Shown here: positions 1-13,411 of the stretch, one piece after another
Layout: every line of letters begins with the position of its first letter
Position numbering within the stretch: position 1 is the stretch's first letter
NCBI RefSeq assembly: GCF_006345805.1
Contig: NC_043006.1
Coordinates: forward strand, 74,028,001-74,092,000
Reading direction: 5' to 3'
Length of the DNA: 64,000 nt
Origin: Octopus sinensis
Lineage: Eukaryota
Made by a program: the position numbers and the translations under genes
Notes under the pieces: generated by a model
Seen by the model: the letters and a program-made list of their open reading frames with translations, nothing else
What the model was told of the DNA's origin: nothing
The model's database searches: none

Positions 1-519
1 GGACATTAACCTTAATTGTAATATTGTAAGCACCAATTTTGGGGCATAAGAAAGAACAGACACGGTTGTCCATTGACTGAACTCTAAGCAAGTAACTCTA
101 ACATCCACATCTTTTCTATCTGTTTTATTCGAGCCTGAATACTCACATTCCTTGTTGTCCAGCTTCTATGGTGTTTAAGTGACCGCGCTCACAACATTCC
201 CCTGAACTGTACGCTGGTTCCTTGTAATTTTTGAAAGCAAAGGTACAAATTGATTACCAATATTTTATTAGTATTTTATTAATTCCTTCCCGGTAGGATA
301 TGAACCCAGAACTTAAAGAACCGCAAGAAAAGCCACTGAGCATTTTGTTCGTCGAGCTAACAATTCTTCTTACTCAGCACCTTATCCACAAGCTTACGTC
401 CATCAAACATTTCAATTATCCTCATTACATACTGTCGGCTGCGGCTATTATGTTTCGGGTGAACCACCATAAATGTTACTATAATGGTCATTCTCTTGCT
501 CACTGAGGTAGACTTATAC

Positions 520-705
520 GACTGATACACTCAAATGTGTATGTTGTTGTCGGTAGATTCATGTGGGACCTCAGACACTAGGATGTCCCTGTATTGTTTG
601 AATGTGTCTAAATCGACATCTAAATACTTAGTTTCTGGCATTGCCCTACATCGTGATGGACAAAGAAGGGTTTTGGCACTATGAAGTAGCGTCCCTTTCG
701 TGGAT
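520..705 (-). mobile_element. Decayed 3' fragment of a CR1/L2-like LINE ORF2
   Basis: Minus-strand peptides PRKGRYFIVPK and LDVDLDTFKQYRDILVSEVPHE resemble post-RT C-termini of such LINEs; frameshifted. Confidence 0.3.
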
Positions 706-751
706 ATAAACATACACAAATACATATGTGTGTGTGTATACGCATACACAC

Positions 752-1005
752 ACTAGCATATGCACATACATGCACACACATACACATATACACACACGCA
801 CATATGTACATATCAATAGGTGTGTATCGCTGTGCTCCTGTGTTGGTCTCCACCCCGCTTACTAGATGTTGCTGGGGGTTCCCAGCAACATCTAGTAAGC
901 GGGGTGGAGACCAACACAGGAGCACAGCGATACACACCTATTGATATGTACATATGTGCGTGTGTGTATATGTGTATGTGTGTGCATGTATGTGCATATG
1001 CTAGT
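752..1005. repeat. Perfect palindrome, 125-bp arms (752-876 / 881-1005), 4-nt loop GGTT
   Basis: Arms are exact reverse complements; the mirrored ORFs 620..937(-) and 820..1089(+) share the same peptide. Confidence 0.95.
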
Positions 1006-1329
1006 TTTTTATGTCCCAGTTATCTCAAAGTCAGGTTTAAGACACTAGTAGAATACATACCATACATGAAAAATCAGTATTGGACTTGATATTTTAGATG
1101 AAAAATTCTATGGCGGTGCTGCAGTATGGCTACATTCCAATGACTGAAACAAGCAAACGATAAAAAATATATATCCCTTCTTCTTTCCAGAGAGTATGGA
1201 CTTACTACTTTCAATAGCCGACAAAACTCACGTGCATTACACAAGTAATCTTCTTGGTGAAGTAGCGTAGAATTGCTGTTATTTTAGAATCGGTTTCGAA
1301 ACATTCGAAGGCAATGACATTAGGGCTCT

Positions 1330-1497
1330 TGGTTGCTTAGTTTAATTAAGCTATGAGTTCTAATTTCCCCGGGGCCGACTTTGCTTTTCATTCTTTTGGG
1401 GTCGACAAAATAAGTATCAGTTGAACACTGGTGTCGATTTAGTCGACCTAGCCCCTCAACCAAAACCATTGGCCTTATTCTAGATTTTGAAACCAAT
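1330..1497 (+). mobile_element. SINE family C fragment (tRNA head plus 'gcctttcatcctttcggggtcgataaa' domain)
   Basis: gactttgcttttcattcttttggggtcgacaaaataagtatcagtt matches copies at 28580-29019 and 47291-47490. Confidence 0.7.
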
Positions 1498-1975
1498 AAC
1501 TATCATAATGTGGTTGTAAAAAAAGTACATAGTAAAGCATTCATTTAATGATGATGGTGTAAAGGACGGATAACCTAATAAATATTCATTTCTTAAACTT
1601 TTATGTTGTTACAAGAGCTAGAGGCAGAAAACAAGAGCCATATAATTTTCATAATTACATTACTGTTTTATTTGCTGAAGTATACAGTCCATAAACGATA
1701 ACTTCATTTTAGTAGTAGAAATATGAAGTTCAAAAATATGGATGGATATTGCAAAATTCATAACAGAAGAACATAAAATGTTGCAGAGATAGAGATCAGT
1801 TTCTCATTAAAACTCGGTTCCAAGTAAACATTTAGGAATATATTCTAAGAATTTTCTGGTTTTGAGTTTCAGTTACTGTACTTCACTTCAATAGATAGTT
1901 GTGAAAATCTAGTCTTAGGATTGGGTGTATAGATTATAAGAGTGGGTTCAAATCTGATGGATTTTTGTCAAATTA

Positions 1976-2180
1976 TACTCTACTCTTTTACTCTTTTCAG
2001 TAATTTGACTGCGGCCATGCTGGAGCACCGCCTTTAGTCGAGCAAATAGACCCCGGGACTTATTCTTTGTAAGCCCAGTACTTATTCTATCGGTCTCTTT
2101 TGCCGAACCACTAAGTGACGGGGACGTAAACACACCAGCATCGGTTGTCAAGCAATGCTAGGTGGACAAACACAGACACA

Positions 2181-2271
<91 letters not shown>

Positions 2272-2433
2272 GACAGGCTTCTTTCAGTTTCCGTCTACCA
2301 AATACACTCACAAGGCATTGGTCGGCCCGGCGCTATAGCAGAAGACACTTGCCCAAGATGCCACGCAGTGGGACTGAACCCGGAACCATGTGCTTGGTTA
2401 GCAAGCTACTTACCACACAGCCACTCTTGCGCC
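1976..2433 (-). mobile_element. SINE family A, full length: tRNA-like head, internal (TA)n(TG)n, (gtaaaaga)n tail
   Basis: Head ggcgcaagagtggctgtgtggtaag...ggttccgggttcagtccc (A/B-box-like); about ten related copies in the window. Confidence 0.9.
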
Positions 2434-2907
2434 TTTTATAGGCTTTTATTTTAATGAAATATTACTGAATATCAGATGGCCACATAAGCAATCTTGTAAA
2501 AGCATTGGGTTTCAGTTTAGTACCTTAAGCATAATTCCAATGCCAATGAAATTAAATTTTTGTTATTATTTTTATTGCTTGGCACTTATTATATGGATAT
2601 TACAGTTTTAATGAACTGAAAGTTTTATTCTAAATAATAATAAGCCCATTTTTGTATACAGATCTGAATAAGTCTATACCAATTATCCCTGTTTACTGTT
2701 TTGGTCGAAATTTATCACCTTGATGTTTCTAGATTAAAGCATTGAAAATAACTCTCTACACCAGAGCCTCTCAACCTTTTTTTCGATTCGAAACAAACAT
2801 TCGTCACAACATGAACAAAGTTTATATATAGCATATGCATAAACACATACATACACACATATATTTTTGTATGTACATATATGTTTATATATGTATATAC
2901 ATATCTA

Positions 2908-2959
<52 letters not shown>

Positions 2960-3159
2960 ATCTATCTATCTATCTATCTATATATATATATATATATTAT
3001 ATATATATATATATATACACTTGTGTATGTATGTAAGGCAGGGTCGAAGCCGTGTACATTGATAAAAGCTGTGCATGAATAAAAGCTGGACATGATCCGA
3101 CATACCTGTTTCTGTAATGGCACCGTCCAACCTGCGCACTCATACTGCGCAAAGTGTCG

Positions 3160-3400
3160 CGGAAATATCAATGCTAAAAGTATCATAGTGAGAACATATT
3201 CGAAATGAAGTAATTCGAGAACGGACCGGAGTGAAAGACGTGAACAGAGAAAGATGAAAGCGGAAGTTCTGCTGGGTCAGGCATGTCAAAATTTCAGAGA
3301 CAACAGATGGATACGTGGACTTGCCCGGTGGTATCTGCAAGATCGGAAAAAAGCCATTTGGAAGGCCTTCACGACGATGGGATAACGGTCCGTGCCAAAA
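3160..3400 (+). mobile_element. RTE-clade LINE 3' fragment (pseudogenised)
   Basis: EHIRNEVIRERTGVKDV..KRKFCWVRHV..FRDNRW....WY..DRKKPFGRPSRRWD is the typical RTE post-RT motif; has stops and a frameshift. Confidence 0.8.
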
Positions 3401-4162
3401 GAAAAGAAGGTGCAATAGATAAACTAATTCGAAGCGCACTGTGACCAGCGGTGCATATATTTTTAAAGAACCCACCCATAGCTGCACAGATTTTGTATTA
3501 CTAGACAGACTAAATCGTTGAGTAGAATATATAGCTTTCATTGTCGAGCGTGAAAATTTTGACCTAATGCTTCCATCAATTTATAAGTTTAATATGCGTA
3601 TTATCCACGCGTTTAATTATTATCATTATTCCCATAAGAAAACGACATAAAAGTTACATAACGACATCATTACGTTTGCCATAAGATCAATATTAACAAC
3701 TAATGCTGTCAACGGACTCTTTTAATGCTAACCAACACGCATTTTGCTTTAATACCCTGACAGTTCTACAAATATTCTTAGCGAACAAAATTAAATATGC
3801 ATTTAAAAGATTAAAGCATTTTTAGAATTTCATAAGCAACAATGAAAAAACAATAATTATTAATGTGTTAAAGCCATTTTAAATCCAAATATGACATACA
3901 CCTAAAAAAATGTAGCAAATATTTTTAAAATAACTACTTCCTTTGATTTTTATTTTTTAGTAAACATATGTTGTTTTTTCTATCTTTTCATCATTTTATC
4001 TTATATAACGCGTCTGTCGATCTGTTTGTTTGTCTGTCTGTCGCAATGTGTGTATATGTGAGAGAACGAAAGATCGCCCTTTACCACCGTAAAGTATCCA
4101 GAGATTGGTATATATATATAATAAAATAATAATTGCCTTTGGCCGTGATATTTTATTTGACA

Positions 4163-4521
4163 CTAGCAGTATCGCCCGGCGTTGCTCAGGTTGTAAGGAA
4201 ATAACTATAAAGCATTTTCAGAGAGTTTAGCCAAAAATACAACAAAAATGGAATTATGGCAAATTTTTTTTGAGAGTTAAAAAAGATAAGTTGCGTCCCC
4301 TGACAGTTTGTGGTCGTGTTTCTGATTATCGCCCCATGTCGAATTTATCGATTTTTTTCAGAACTGGGGAACTTTTCAAAATTTTCGCTGCGTTGTTTTG
4401 AATTATGACATGGGCTATGTGTGTGTCAGTTTCATCATAGGTTGAAGCCGTGGTCAGGTGAAGGGTCAAGCAAACAACACACAGAAACACGCACGACAAC
4501 TGCCGTTTATATATAGAGAGA
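4163..4521 (-). mobile_element. Non-autonomous Helitron
   Basis: Minus strand starts TC(tctctatatataaa), ends cctgagcaacgccgggcgatactgCTAG with a subterminal hairpin, and lies between A and T. Confidence 0.8.
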
Positions 4522-4989
4522 TATACACGATCACACACGCCCTGCTTCAGACTACTGGATCATAATAATATTGAAGTGGGAGCTTAACAGCGGTCCTCCC
4601 GTGGTGATTACATAGCCTTACCAGCCTTCTGGGTCTTCCGGATACCAAAACATCTCGTACAGGTATATATATATATATGTGTGTGTGTATGTTTAAATAT
4701 TAAAAGAAATAGAGAAATAGAAGTGACATATAAATCTATTAACATTATAATATAATATAATGTAATATAATACAATACAGTATAATGTAATAATGCAGTC
4801 CTTGCATGATATTTTTGTCTATTTGTTAGACAAATACTACCCCCGACAAGAAACATATACTTAATTGTGGAATTTTTATAAATTCAATAGTGGATGTGAA
4901 TCGAAATACATTGTACGATATATATTTGTTACATTATCTAATTGTTATATTATATTATATTATTTTATATAACATATTTTTATAATATA

Positions 4990-5460
4990 ATCATATCATA
5001 TTATAATGTTTCATATTTCCGTAGATCCTCAGTATGACCGCCGATACAAATATAATTTGCAGAACTATATACGGAGACGTCAGCAGGAGGGCAGATTTGT
5101 GTCTAGTTCTACCTATTACACTTGCGGTTATTTTCAAAAGTCTTCGTTTTGGCGCGCTAAATTACCGGAAAATAACAGTGCAGAAAATTATTTACTGCAG
5201 TGGCTTTTGCCGGTTAGAGAACATATTAATTTAGATTTAAAATGAGGGTGAGAAATTGGATATTAATTAAATTAAGTTAACATCAATTTAAGACCATTGG
5301 TCTAGCATATAATATCTGAAGGTTAATTACACTGTATTATATACAAATGAGAGGGATGGCCACTATGTGGGCAACACTTATGCTAGAAGTAGATCCGCTA
5401 TGGTCTTACCACTAAGAAATGCTCTCAAGAAAAATTTAGCAAACACGAGAACGTAAGACT
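4990..5460 (-). mobile_element. Divergent relative of the 490-bp HHR-bearing unit, with a decayed hammerhead at about 4990-5037
   Basis: tcctcag (CUGAGGA on the minus strand) at the homologous position; shared attttcaaa...cgcgc.aaatt..cgg segment and agggtg hairpin; similar to 27600-27810. Confidence 0.5.
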
Positions 5461-6025
5461 TTTTTCAAATAATTAGAAATCAAATTAAAAAAATATATTT
5501 TAATCGTCTGATAAAACTTTTTTAGTCGGTGGATATATATTTTATCGATATTTTTCCTTATTTTATAATTGTTTATTGGGATTTTGTTTGGTATGTTTTG
5601 AGTTTTTAGTAGTTTATATTTAACATTTTTGAAAGGCCGTTCTGTTTGTGTTTTATTCGATTATATACTTTTACTTTCTGTGATTTTATTTATATGAATT
5701 ATTTTTGTGTATTTGTGAACCTTGGTGATTTTTATATATTATTAAATGTTTGAGGGGTGGTGTTGTATGTAAAGTCGTTGACTCAAATTTAATGCTTGTT
5801 CTATAATCAATGCTTCTTTATCTTCGTCTCTTTATATTTGAGCACTCCTATAAAACATTTTGTTGCTATTAGATGAGACAAATATTATTTCTTGTTACAC
5901 ACCTTCCTTCCAAGCACTGCTGTAAACAGCCGAAGTGAGCTAGATCGTTAAAACATAGTGCGCAAGCACAGCGGTGTTCAAGGTCAATCTGAGCCAAGCT
6001 GCTTCACTGTGCATACTTTAGCGTC

Positions 6026-6039
6026 GTTACTATGGCAAC
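6026..6039. promoter_or_regulatory. RFX X-box-like palindrome GTTACTATGGCAAC
   Basis: Matches the GTTNCY-AT-RGNAAC consensus; ATTGG (reverse CCAAT) lies about 14 bp away in non-repetitive sequence. Confidence 0.4.
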
Positions 6040-6378
6040 ACTTTGGATATTTATTGGCCAGACCTCGTCAATGTGTATGTATGTATGCATGAATAAGAAA
6101 AGGCACTGAACAGCAATGAATAAAACAAATTACGAGTTGTATGTTGTACTCAATAAAAATTGTAAATATACACAGCGTATAAGTCACTACATAACTTTCA
6201 GTAATTAATTCTTTGTATTCATATTCAATCTATGTATTTATACATAAAACTTCCTCTAGTTCAACGAAATACTGGCAATATTGAAATAAATATACATGAG
6301 TGCGTGTTTATATATAGTCGGATGACTGAAACAGGTAAAATAATAAAAGAATTTATACATATAATCTATCGATCTATA

Positions 6379-6418
<40 letters not shown>

Positions 6419-6581
6419 TCTGTATGTGTGTGTGGGTGTGTATAGATAGGTAGATTGACAAATAGATAGATAGATACAAATGTATACATTCACATGTGTA
6501 TTCACATGAATTTATCTACTTTATCTATCTATCTATCTATCTATCTATCCCTCCATCCCTCCCTCCCTCTCTCCCTCTCAT

Positions 6582-6634
<53 letters not shown>

Positions 6635-7186
6635 TTAGATATATACGTACGTAAGTGGGTGTTTCTCTATGTGTACGTGTACCTGCACGTGAGTGTGTAT
6701 GTGCTTATATAATATTGCACCAAGAAATGGTATCCAGTGCTTTGTAAATTGTATTGCATACACTATACACTTTTGAATATACGTAGCTTACATTTTCTCA
6801 GCTTTGAGTGTTCCATTTACTAATAGCCTGTCTATATATTTTACTTAAGGATACTTGTAGTTTCAAGAAATAAAGTTTTAGAGTGGATGAATAAGGATGA
6901 TTAATGTGCGTGAGTATAGAAACGTACATTATATATATATATATACTAACACACGCATGCACACATGTGCAGTCGGTTAGGAGACAATGATGGACAAACT
7001 ATTATAGATAAGTGTAATTCATTTATATGATGCTACATATGAATATTGGAATTACGAACTTGAAGACATAAGCATAATATGCGTGTTTGTGTATGTGTTT
7101 ACCTTTACTTGATAACTGGTATTGGTGAGTTTTCGTCTCCGTAACTTAGCGGTACCCAGCATGACCACAATCACATGACTGAAGCA

Positions 7187-7264
<78 letters not shown>

Positions 7265-7269
<5 letters not shown>

Positions 7270-7870
7270 AAAATACAAACTGGGACAAGAACGCAAAACA
7301 TTTAGGAGACGATACAAAAAACACGGACGGGACATTCGAAGCCTTCAATCTTCAGTCAAGAACCGAATCATCCTCGCAATTTCGACTGATTAATCTTGAG
7401 ATTACTCCAATCTGGCTAGCCCCAAGGAAAAACTAAGCTAAGCGCATTAGTCTCCTTGGAAGAAAGCTTCGAATGTATACAAAACAAGGACGGAAAAACG
7501 GACGATGTTACACGAATATAAATACAAAAATAATACGTAAAAACAATAATAATAATACGTAGAAACAATAATAATGATAAAATAACAATAACAGGACATC
7601 ACAAACAGGCGTCTTTTGACCAGACGAATTAAACTCAGGTGGCGAGTTAGGAATGTGCGTTGGGGCAGAGAAAAAAATGTTGATGTTACCGCAACCGCTG
7701 CTAGACCCCAAAAGGCCAGCAGTCGGTCAGTCAGTCACGTGTGAAGAGAAGATAGAGGAAAAGAGGGACAGAGAAATTAAGGAGGGGGAGAAGAGAAAGA
7801 AAAAGAGGAACAAGGAATTAAGGAGGAGGAGAAGAGAGAGAAAGAGCAAGAAAAAGAGACCGGGGCAATA
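7265..7870. repeat. Interspersed repeat inserted in (TA)n; part matches (inverted) 22600-22800 and 23220-23420
   Basis: 7320-7470 is the reverse complement of ccaaggaatctaatgc...ggggctggccagattggag...cagccgaaattgcgagga...ttcttgactgaa. Confidence 0.75.
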
Positions 7871-8698
7871 TATATATAAATATCAGTGGCGAATACAGTA
7901 CTCGTGCTGTTTGGGCTTAATTCGATGTATAAATTTAAGGAATGTGAACGTGTATAAGCAAGCTGATTTAATTTCTGCCACCACTGATTTTAAATAAGTA
8001 ATTGCAGCCCGTAACTGGGGCTCTTTTTATTGAGCCTCGTCGCAGTTCATTTATTTTTGTTCAGCGTTTGGCGGTCGTCTTGGCGGTGCCCTGTATCAAA
8101 AATAATATCTTTCCTAGATGACGTTCTCTCGAAATCGTTCACAAATCGTTACAATTAAAAGTAATTCAAATTCAATGTTTTATTGAATCAATGAGTTTCT
8201 ATAGAGATTAGGATTTAAATTCCAGTCTTTGAAAATTTTTCGTTCTACAATATTCTTAAAGGAACGGAAAATTATCCAGCAACTCGGGCTGATACGAACT
8301 AGCTTGGTAGGTGTAAAAGGCTAACTGGCGTATCTTGTCGAGAGTACAGACGGCAATCAGATCGCTGATACTGTGCATTCCGCTGTAGTTATTTGATTGC
8401 TGTTATTCTGTGCGTCTGTGAGTAAAGAACAGTTGTGTTGTGTAGGGTTGCTTTATTTCAAAACTTAACTTAGAAATGGAGAAAAACATAGTGCTAGATA
8501 TAAAAAACAAGGCATTTGGGGCTAGAAATATTGCGGGAAAATGTCAAATTCTTCGAGAAAGTATGTATTTTATGCAAAATCTATGAATGAAGATCCCGAT
8601 TTAGGCCAATGACCTAATGTATATATGTATATATGCTTTGAAGCATAAAGTGGTGTGTATGCAATATATATTATATATATATATATTATATATATATT

Positions 8699-8825
<127 letters not shown>

Positions 8826-8994
8826 GTGAGAATTTACAAAAAAAAAAAGAAACAAAAGACAAAACGAGTGTGTAAACATAAACAGATGTATTACATTAGC
8901 GCTCTGAAGTGAGAAAGTCTTTTACGAGCCTACACTCTTCGACAGAAAGGAACGTAGAAATAAAGAGAAAATAGAAAATATTTAGTGGCTAGCG

Positions 8995-9054
<60 letters not shown>

Positions 9055-9076
9055 CTTTCTCTCTCTCTACATACAC

Positions 9077-9145
<69 letters not shown>

Positions 9146-9448
9146 ATATCACTTATATATATGTGTATTTATGCATTAAGTAGATAGATAAATAGAGTTA
9201 ATTTTTCGGTTAAGGTAAGATCAGTCAAAATGTACTCCAGCTGGTGAGAGATAAATATCCCTTAATTTACATAGGGCATAATTATGAATTACTAATATTT
9301 TCATACAATGGATATGCTTTTAGCATGATTTACTTTTAGCGTGATATTAAAAACTGACTAAGATCCATCGCCACCATATGCAACTATTAATAGGTCATAA
9401 CTATATGCTGTGTACATTAAATAATTATATACATCACACACACACACA

Positions 9449-9504
<56 letters not shown>

Positions 9505-9585
9505 TATATAGATATATTGTGCCAACAAAAGTGTTGGGAGTTCATTTGGTAAACAGAAACTGAAATTTGCCCATCGTATATATTG

Positions 9586-10466
9586 GAGGCGGTATCAAAA
9601 TGTTCTCGGACTAATTACGTTTAATGAAATATAACTCATTTACCTAAGATTTAACATCATCTGTTTCGAAAGAAACACCTCCCGCAGTAATACGCCGGTT
9701 CTAGCGCTCCTGCCACTTTTCTAATCAAGCCCGGAAATCGTTTTCCGTAAACAAGTCGAGGACCTTTTGCGATTCATTCGGGATCTCGACAACGGTGTCA
9801 AAATGGTGACCATTGAGCTAGATTTTCATCTTGGGGAAGAGATGGAAATATGTAGGTCAATATTTTGGCAAAAAAGGTGGGTGTGGAAGTGATACCATGC
9901 TGGTTTCGGCGAGATAAGCACCAACGAAGAGTGCTCGGTGAAGAATCTAATTCTTTGCCCCCCATGGATCCGGTCGCTTTTGCCGCACGTCCTGAATCAA
10001 ATGCTTCAAAATGTCGCAGTACAACTCTCGATTGGCAATCTGGCCCTGAGAGATGAATTGGCGATGTACAATGCCACATTTCTGTGGGTTCTGTTCGCGG
10101 CGGGTTTTCCAGATCGTTCATCGTCTTTCAGGGACGTTCTGCTGTTTTTGAAGGGGTAGTGCCACTCAAAACATTGAGTACTACTCACTGCCTCGTCGCT
10201 GACGCATGCTCAATGTCTCTGTAACAGACTTGTCAAGTCTAAAGCAACATTTCACGTTCGCTCTTTCCTGCTGTCGATGACAAAATCGCAGTCTACAGCA
10301 TACAGGTGGTCACAAAAGCACAAATTTCACAACTTGCGAAGTAAACGCAGCAATGTCACAAGGACACTGCCTCATGAAGGTCATTGCTAGCTTTGACTGG
10401 GCAACGGTCTCCTGCCATCTGTTGGTGTGCTACGGAACTACTCTGGGAACTGCTTGATATCGCCTG
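9586..10466 (-). mobile_element. Internally deleted mariner transposon relic
   Basis: Imperfect TIRs (gaggcggtatcaaaatgttc / gaactgcttgatatcgcct); peptides SSTQCFEWH.PFKNSRTSLKDDERSGKP and FDTVVEIPNESQKVLD..TENDFRA..EKWQER. Confidence 0.85.
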
Positions 10467-10533
10467 ACCGCGTGTGTACCGTTGGCGATTTTTTTCCTCT
10501 CTCTTCCCTTCTCTGGATCTTTCCTTCTCCTAT

Positions 10534-10568
10534 GTTTCCGACGAAGTGCTCCGCTCGAAATGTTAAAC
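10534..10568 (+). ncRNA. Decayed minimal hammerhead (relative of 30059-30093)
   Basis: gttt CCGACGA a gtgc tcc gctc GAAAT gtt aaac; core and stem substitutions. Confidence 0.35.
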
Positions 10569-10669
10569 CCTCCTTCTTTCCTTCTTTCCTGAGCGTCCAA
10601 TAATACTATATTTGTTCCACGTCCTCGCGTTGTTGTGTTTTTTTGTGCTTTCTTGTTTGAATTAACTTT

Positions 10670-10732
10670 ACATATATATATATATATATATATTATATAT
10701 TATTATATATATATATGTATGCATGTATATAT

Positions 10733-10791
<59 letters not shown>

Positions 10792-10811
10792 GTATATATA
10801 TTATATGTAAT

Positions 10812-10895
<84 letters not shown>

Positions 10896-10950
10896 CATAA
10901 ATATATATATATACATATATAATATATATGTATGTATATATATATTTATG

Positions 10951-10981
<31 letters not shown>

Positions 10982-11069
10982 GTATATATGCATATGTATA
11001 TATATGTGTGTGTATATATAAGTATAATATTATATATATATAATATATATATATATAGTGGTGTGTGTG

Positions 11070-11101
<32 letters not shown>

Positions 11102-11125
11102 TGTGTGTGTATATATAAGTATATG

Positions 11126-11156
<31 letters not shown>

Positions 11157-11413
11157 ATATATAAGTATATGTATATATATATATTATATGTGTGCGTGTG
11201 TGTGTATATATATAAGTATATGTATGTATATATATTATAATATATATATAAGTATATATATGTATATATATATATATTATATATATATGCATGCGTGTGT
11301 GTTGTGATATAAGTATATATATATATTATTGTTGTGTGTTTGTGTGTATATATATAGTATATGTATATATAATATATATATGTGTGTGTGTGTATATATA
11401 TAAGTATAGTATG

Positions 11414-11444
<31 letters not shown>

Positions 11445-11585
11445 ATATGTATATAAGTATATGTATATATTATATATATATATATATTATATATATATAT
11501 TATATGTGTCTGTATAATATATAAGTATAATGTATATATATATATATATATATATGTTAATAAAATAGAATATATGCATATATAA
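10670..11585. repeat. About 900-bp degenerate (TA)n/(TG)n microsatellite
   Basis: Direct inspection; other long tracts at 7192-7260, 8662-8825, 27527-27580, 37348-37447, 49077-49385 and 56260-56430. Confidence 0.95.
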
Positions 11586-12646
11586 AACATATATGTACGT
11601 ACCTACCTCTACATGTACATATACACGCATATATGTGTACGGGACACCAAAAAGACGTCGAACACATAGAGAGACGAAACACATAGACACAAACCAAGGA
11701 ACAAGACAAGCAAAAAAAAGGGAGAGATACAGGACAATAAGCACAACGAAAAATCCACTTCTTCAGTCGCTAAGATTTCATCTACTAAACGTTTCGAAGG
11801 ATAAACGAGACGTATACTTCGAAGAAAAATTCCTTCCCGCGAAAAGCAAATCAATTAAAATTCTGAGATCTTTTCGCAGAGGGGTAAAAAAAAGCAAGAC
11901 GGTAACGACAGTACAAACATATAAACAGTAAAATATATATATAAACAGTGGAAAAATAAATATATAACAGTGAGAGACAAGACAAGGAGAACAAGATAAG
12001 AAGGGCTGTTAACGCCAGACGAAAAAAGTATTGTAAACGCTGGATTATCGTGGAAGACAGAGAGGGAAATTTTGTCAACCAGAAGCCTTGCAAGGCGGGC
12101 GAGAAAGGACAGGATAGCAGTTACGACGGAAGTATTGTCGCAGATGGATGACGGGAATGGGGGAGGAGGAGCAAGAGGAAGAGAGAGAAGAAGGGGAATG
12201 GTGCGAGGAGACCATGAAGAATGGTGAAAGGGAGAGAGAATGAAGAATGAGAGAGAGAAGAGACAAGTTAAGTGAGGGAAAAAAGACGAAAAAGGGAATG
12301 GGAGAGAAAGAAAGAAAGATGCAGAGTCGCGTGAGAGTTAATATCAAGGCTAACTTGATAAACAGAACAATCTTACTTAGTAGGGTGCGTGCGTTTAATC
12401 GTATAATATGTTAATAAAATATATATATGTCTGTGTGTATGTATATATATATATATGTGTCTGCATATACATATGTGTGTGCGTTTATCACTTACCACTA
12501 CTTGGCAACCGGTGTTGATGTCTTACGTTCCATTAGTTTGGCAGTTCTTCAACGAATATTAGGTTAGTACCAGGTTAAAAGACTTAAGTACTGGGATAGA
12601 TTCCTCCGACTAAAATTTCTTCAAAGCAATGCCGCAGCATATATAG

Positions 12647-12679
<33 letters not shown>

Positions 12680-12893
12680 ATATATATTATATATATATAC
12701 TACAAATTAGAGAATGGAAATCACTTAAATCAGTAAAACATCAACTATCCGATGATACTCAATCCATACTTTAATACATACATTACATATGAGTAAAGGC
12801 AATACATAAAATGAAATGAGATATACAGTAATAGTAAAAAGATAAAGATATATAAGTAAAAATTTTCAAATATAATATGCAAATAAATCAAAA

Positions 12894-12990
12894 CTGACAG
12901 CTGTTTCGGCAGTGAGGACAGTCATACCTCATTTAACCTATAAGCCATAAAGGCAGGTATAAATGATGCATTACAAGGATGCCCCACGGC
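12894..12990 (-). ncRNA. Type I hammerhead ribozyme with extended stem II
   Basis: cu CUGAAGA GGCcGUGGGGCA...UGuCCUCACuGCC GAAAC AGCU GUC ag; palindromic stem III ACAGCUGU; stem I only about 2 bp. Confidence 0.7.
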
Positions 12991-13367
12991 CTCTTCAGAG
13001 AATTAAATTAAATTTGTTATAATAGTGAAAAATATTATACAATCATATACATATAAATATAAAAATATAAAAATGTAAAATATAAAAACTTATACATCAT
13101 AAAGCTACACTTATATAATATAATACACATTTGTACAAAAAGGAAGGTAAACAGAACAAAATAAAACAAAATATATAATAGTGTATATATTAATATCAAT
13201 AAGTACCGATATTATACATTTGGCTAATAGTTTTTTTTATATATATAAAAAAAAAAAAAAAAAGGGCTAAATATATGGAGATGAAAAATAATAATTAAAT
13301 CCGTGGTACAGTCATAAGATTCTAAAGCTATAAAAGTTAATAAAAATTAATATTAATAATAATAATA

Positions 13368-13411
<44 letters not shown>

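Noticed and set aside
147-220. Possible minus-strand exon with GTGAGT donor (also 56952-57028)
   Set aside because: No recognisable peptide and no linked exons
7330-7425. CUGAAGA and GGCU/AGUC-GAAA fragments on the minus strand
   Set aside because: Elements are in the wrong order and do not assemble into a hammerhead
10635-11590. Long Tyr/Ile ORFs (also 48858-49556 and many others)
   Set aside because: Translations of stop-free (TA)n/(CA)n microsatellites
11785-11845. Hammerhead-like GAAGG/CCUUC-GAAACGUU on the minus strand
   Set aside because: Upstream core reads CGCGGG, not CUGANGA; no stem I
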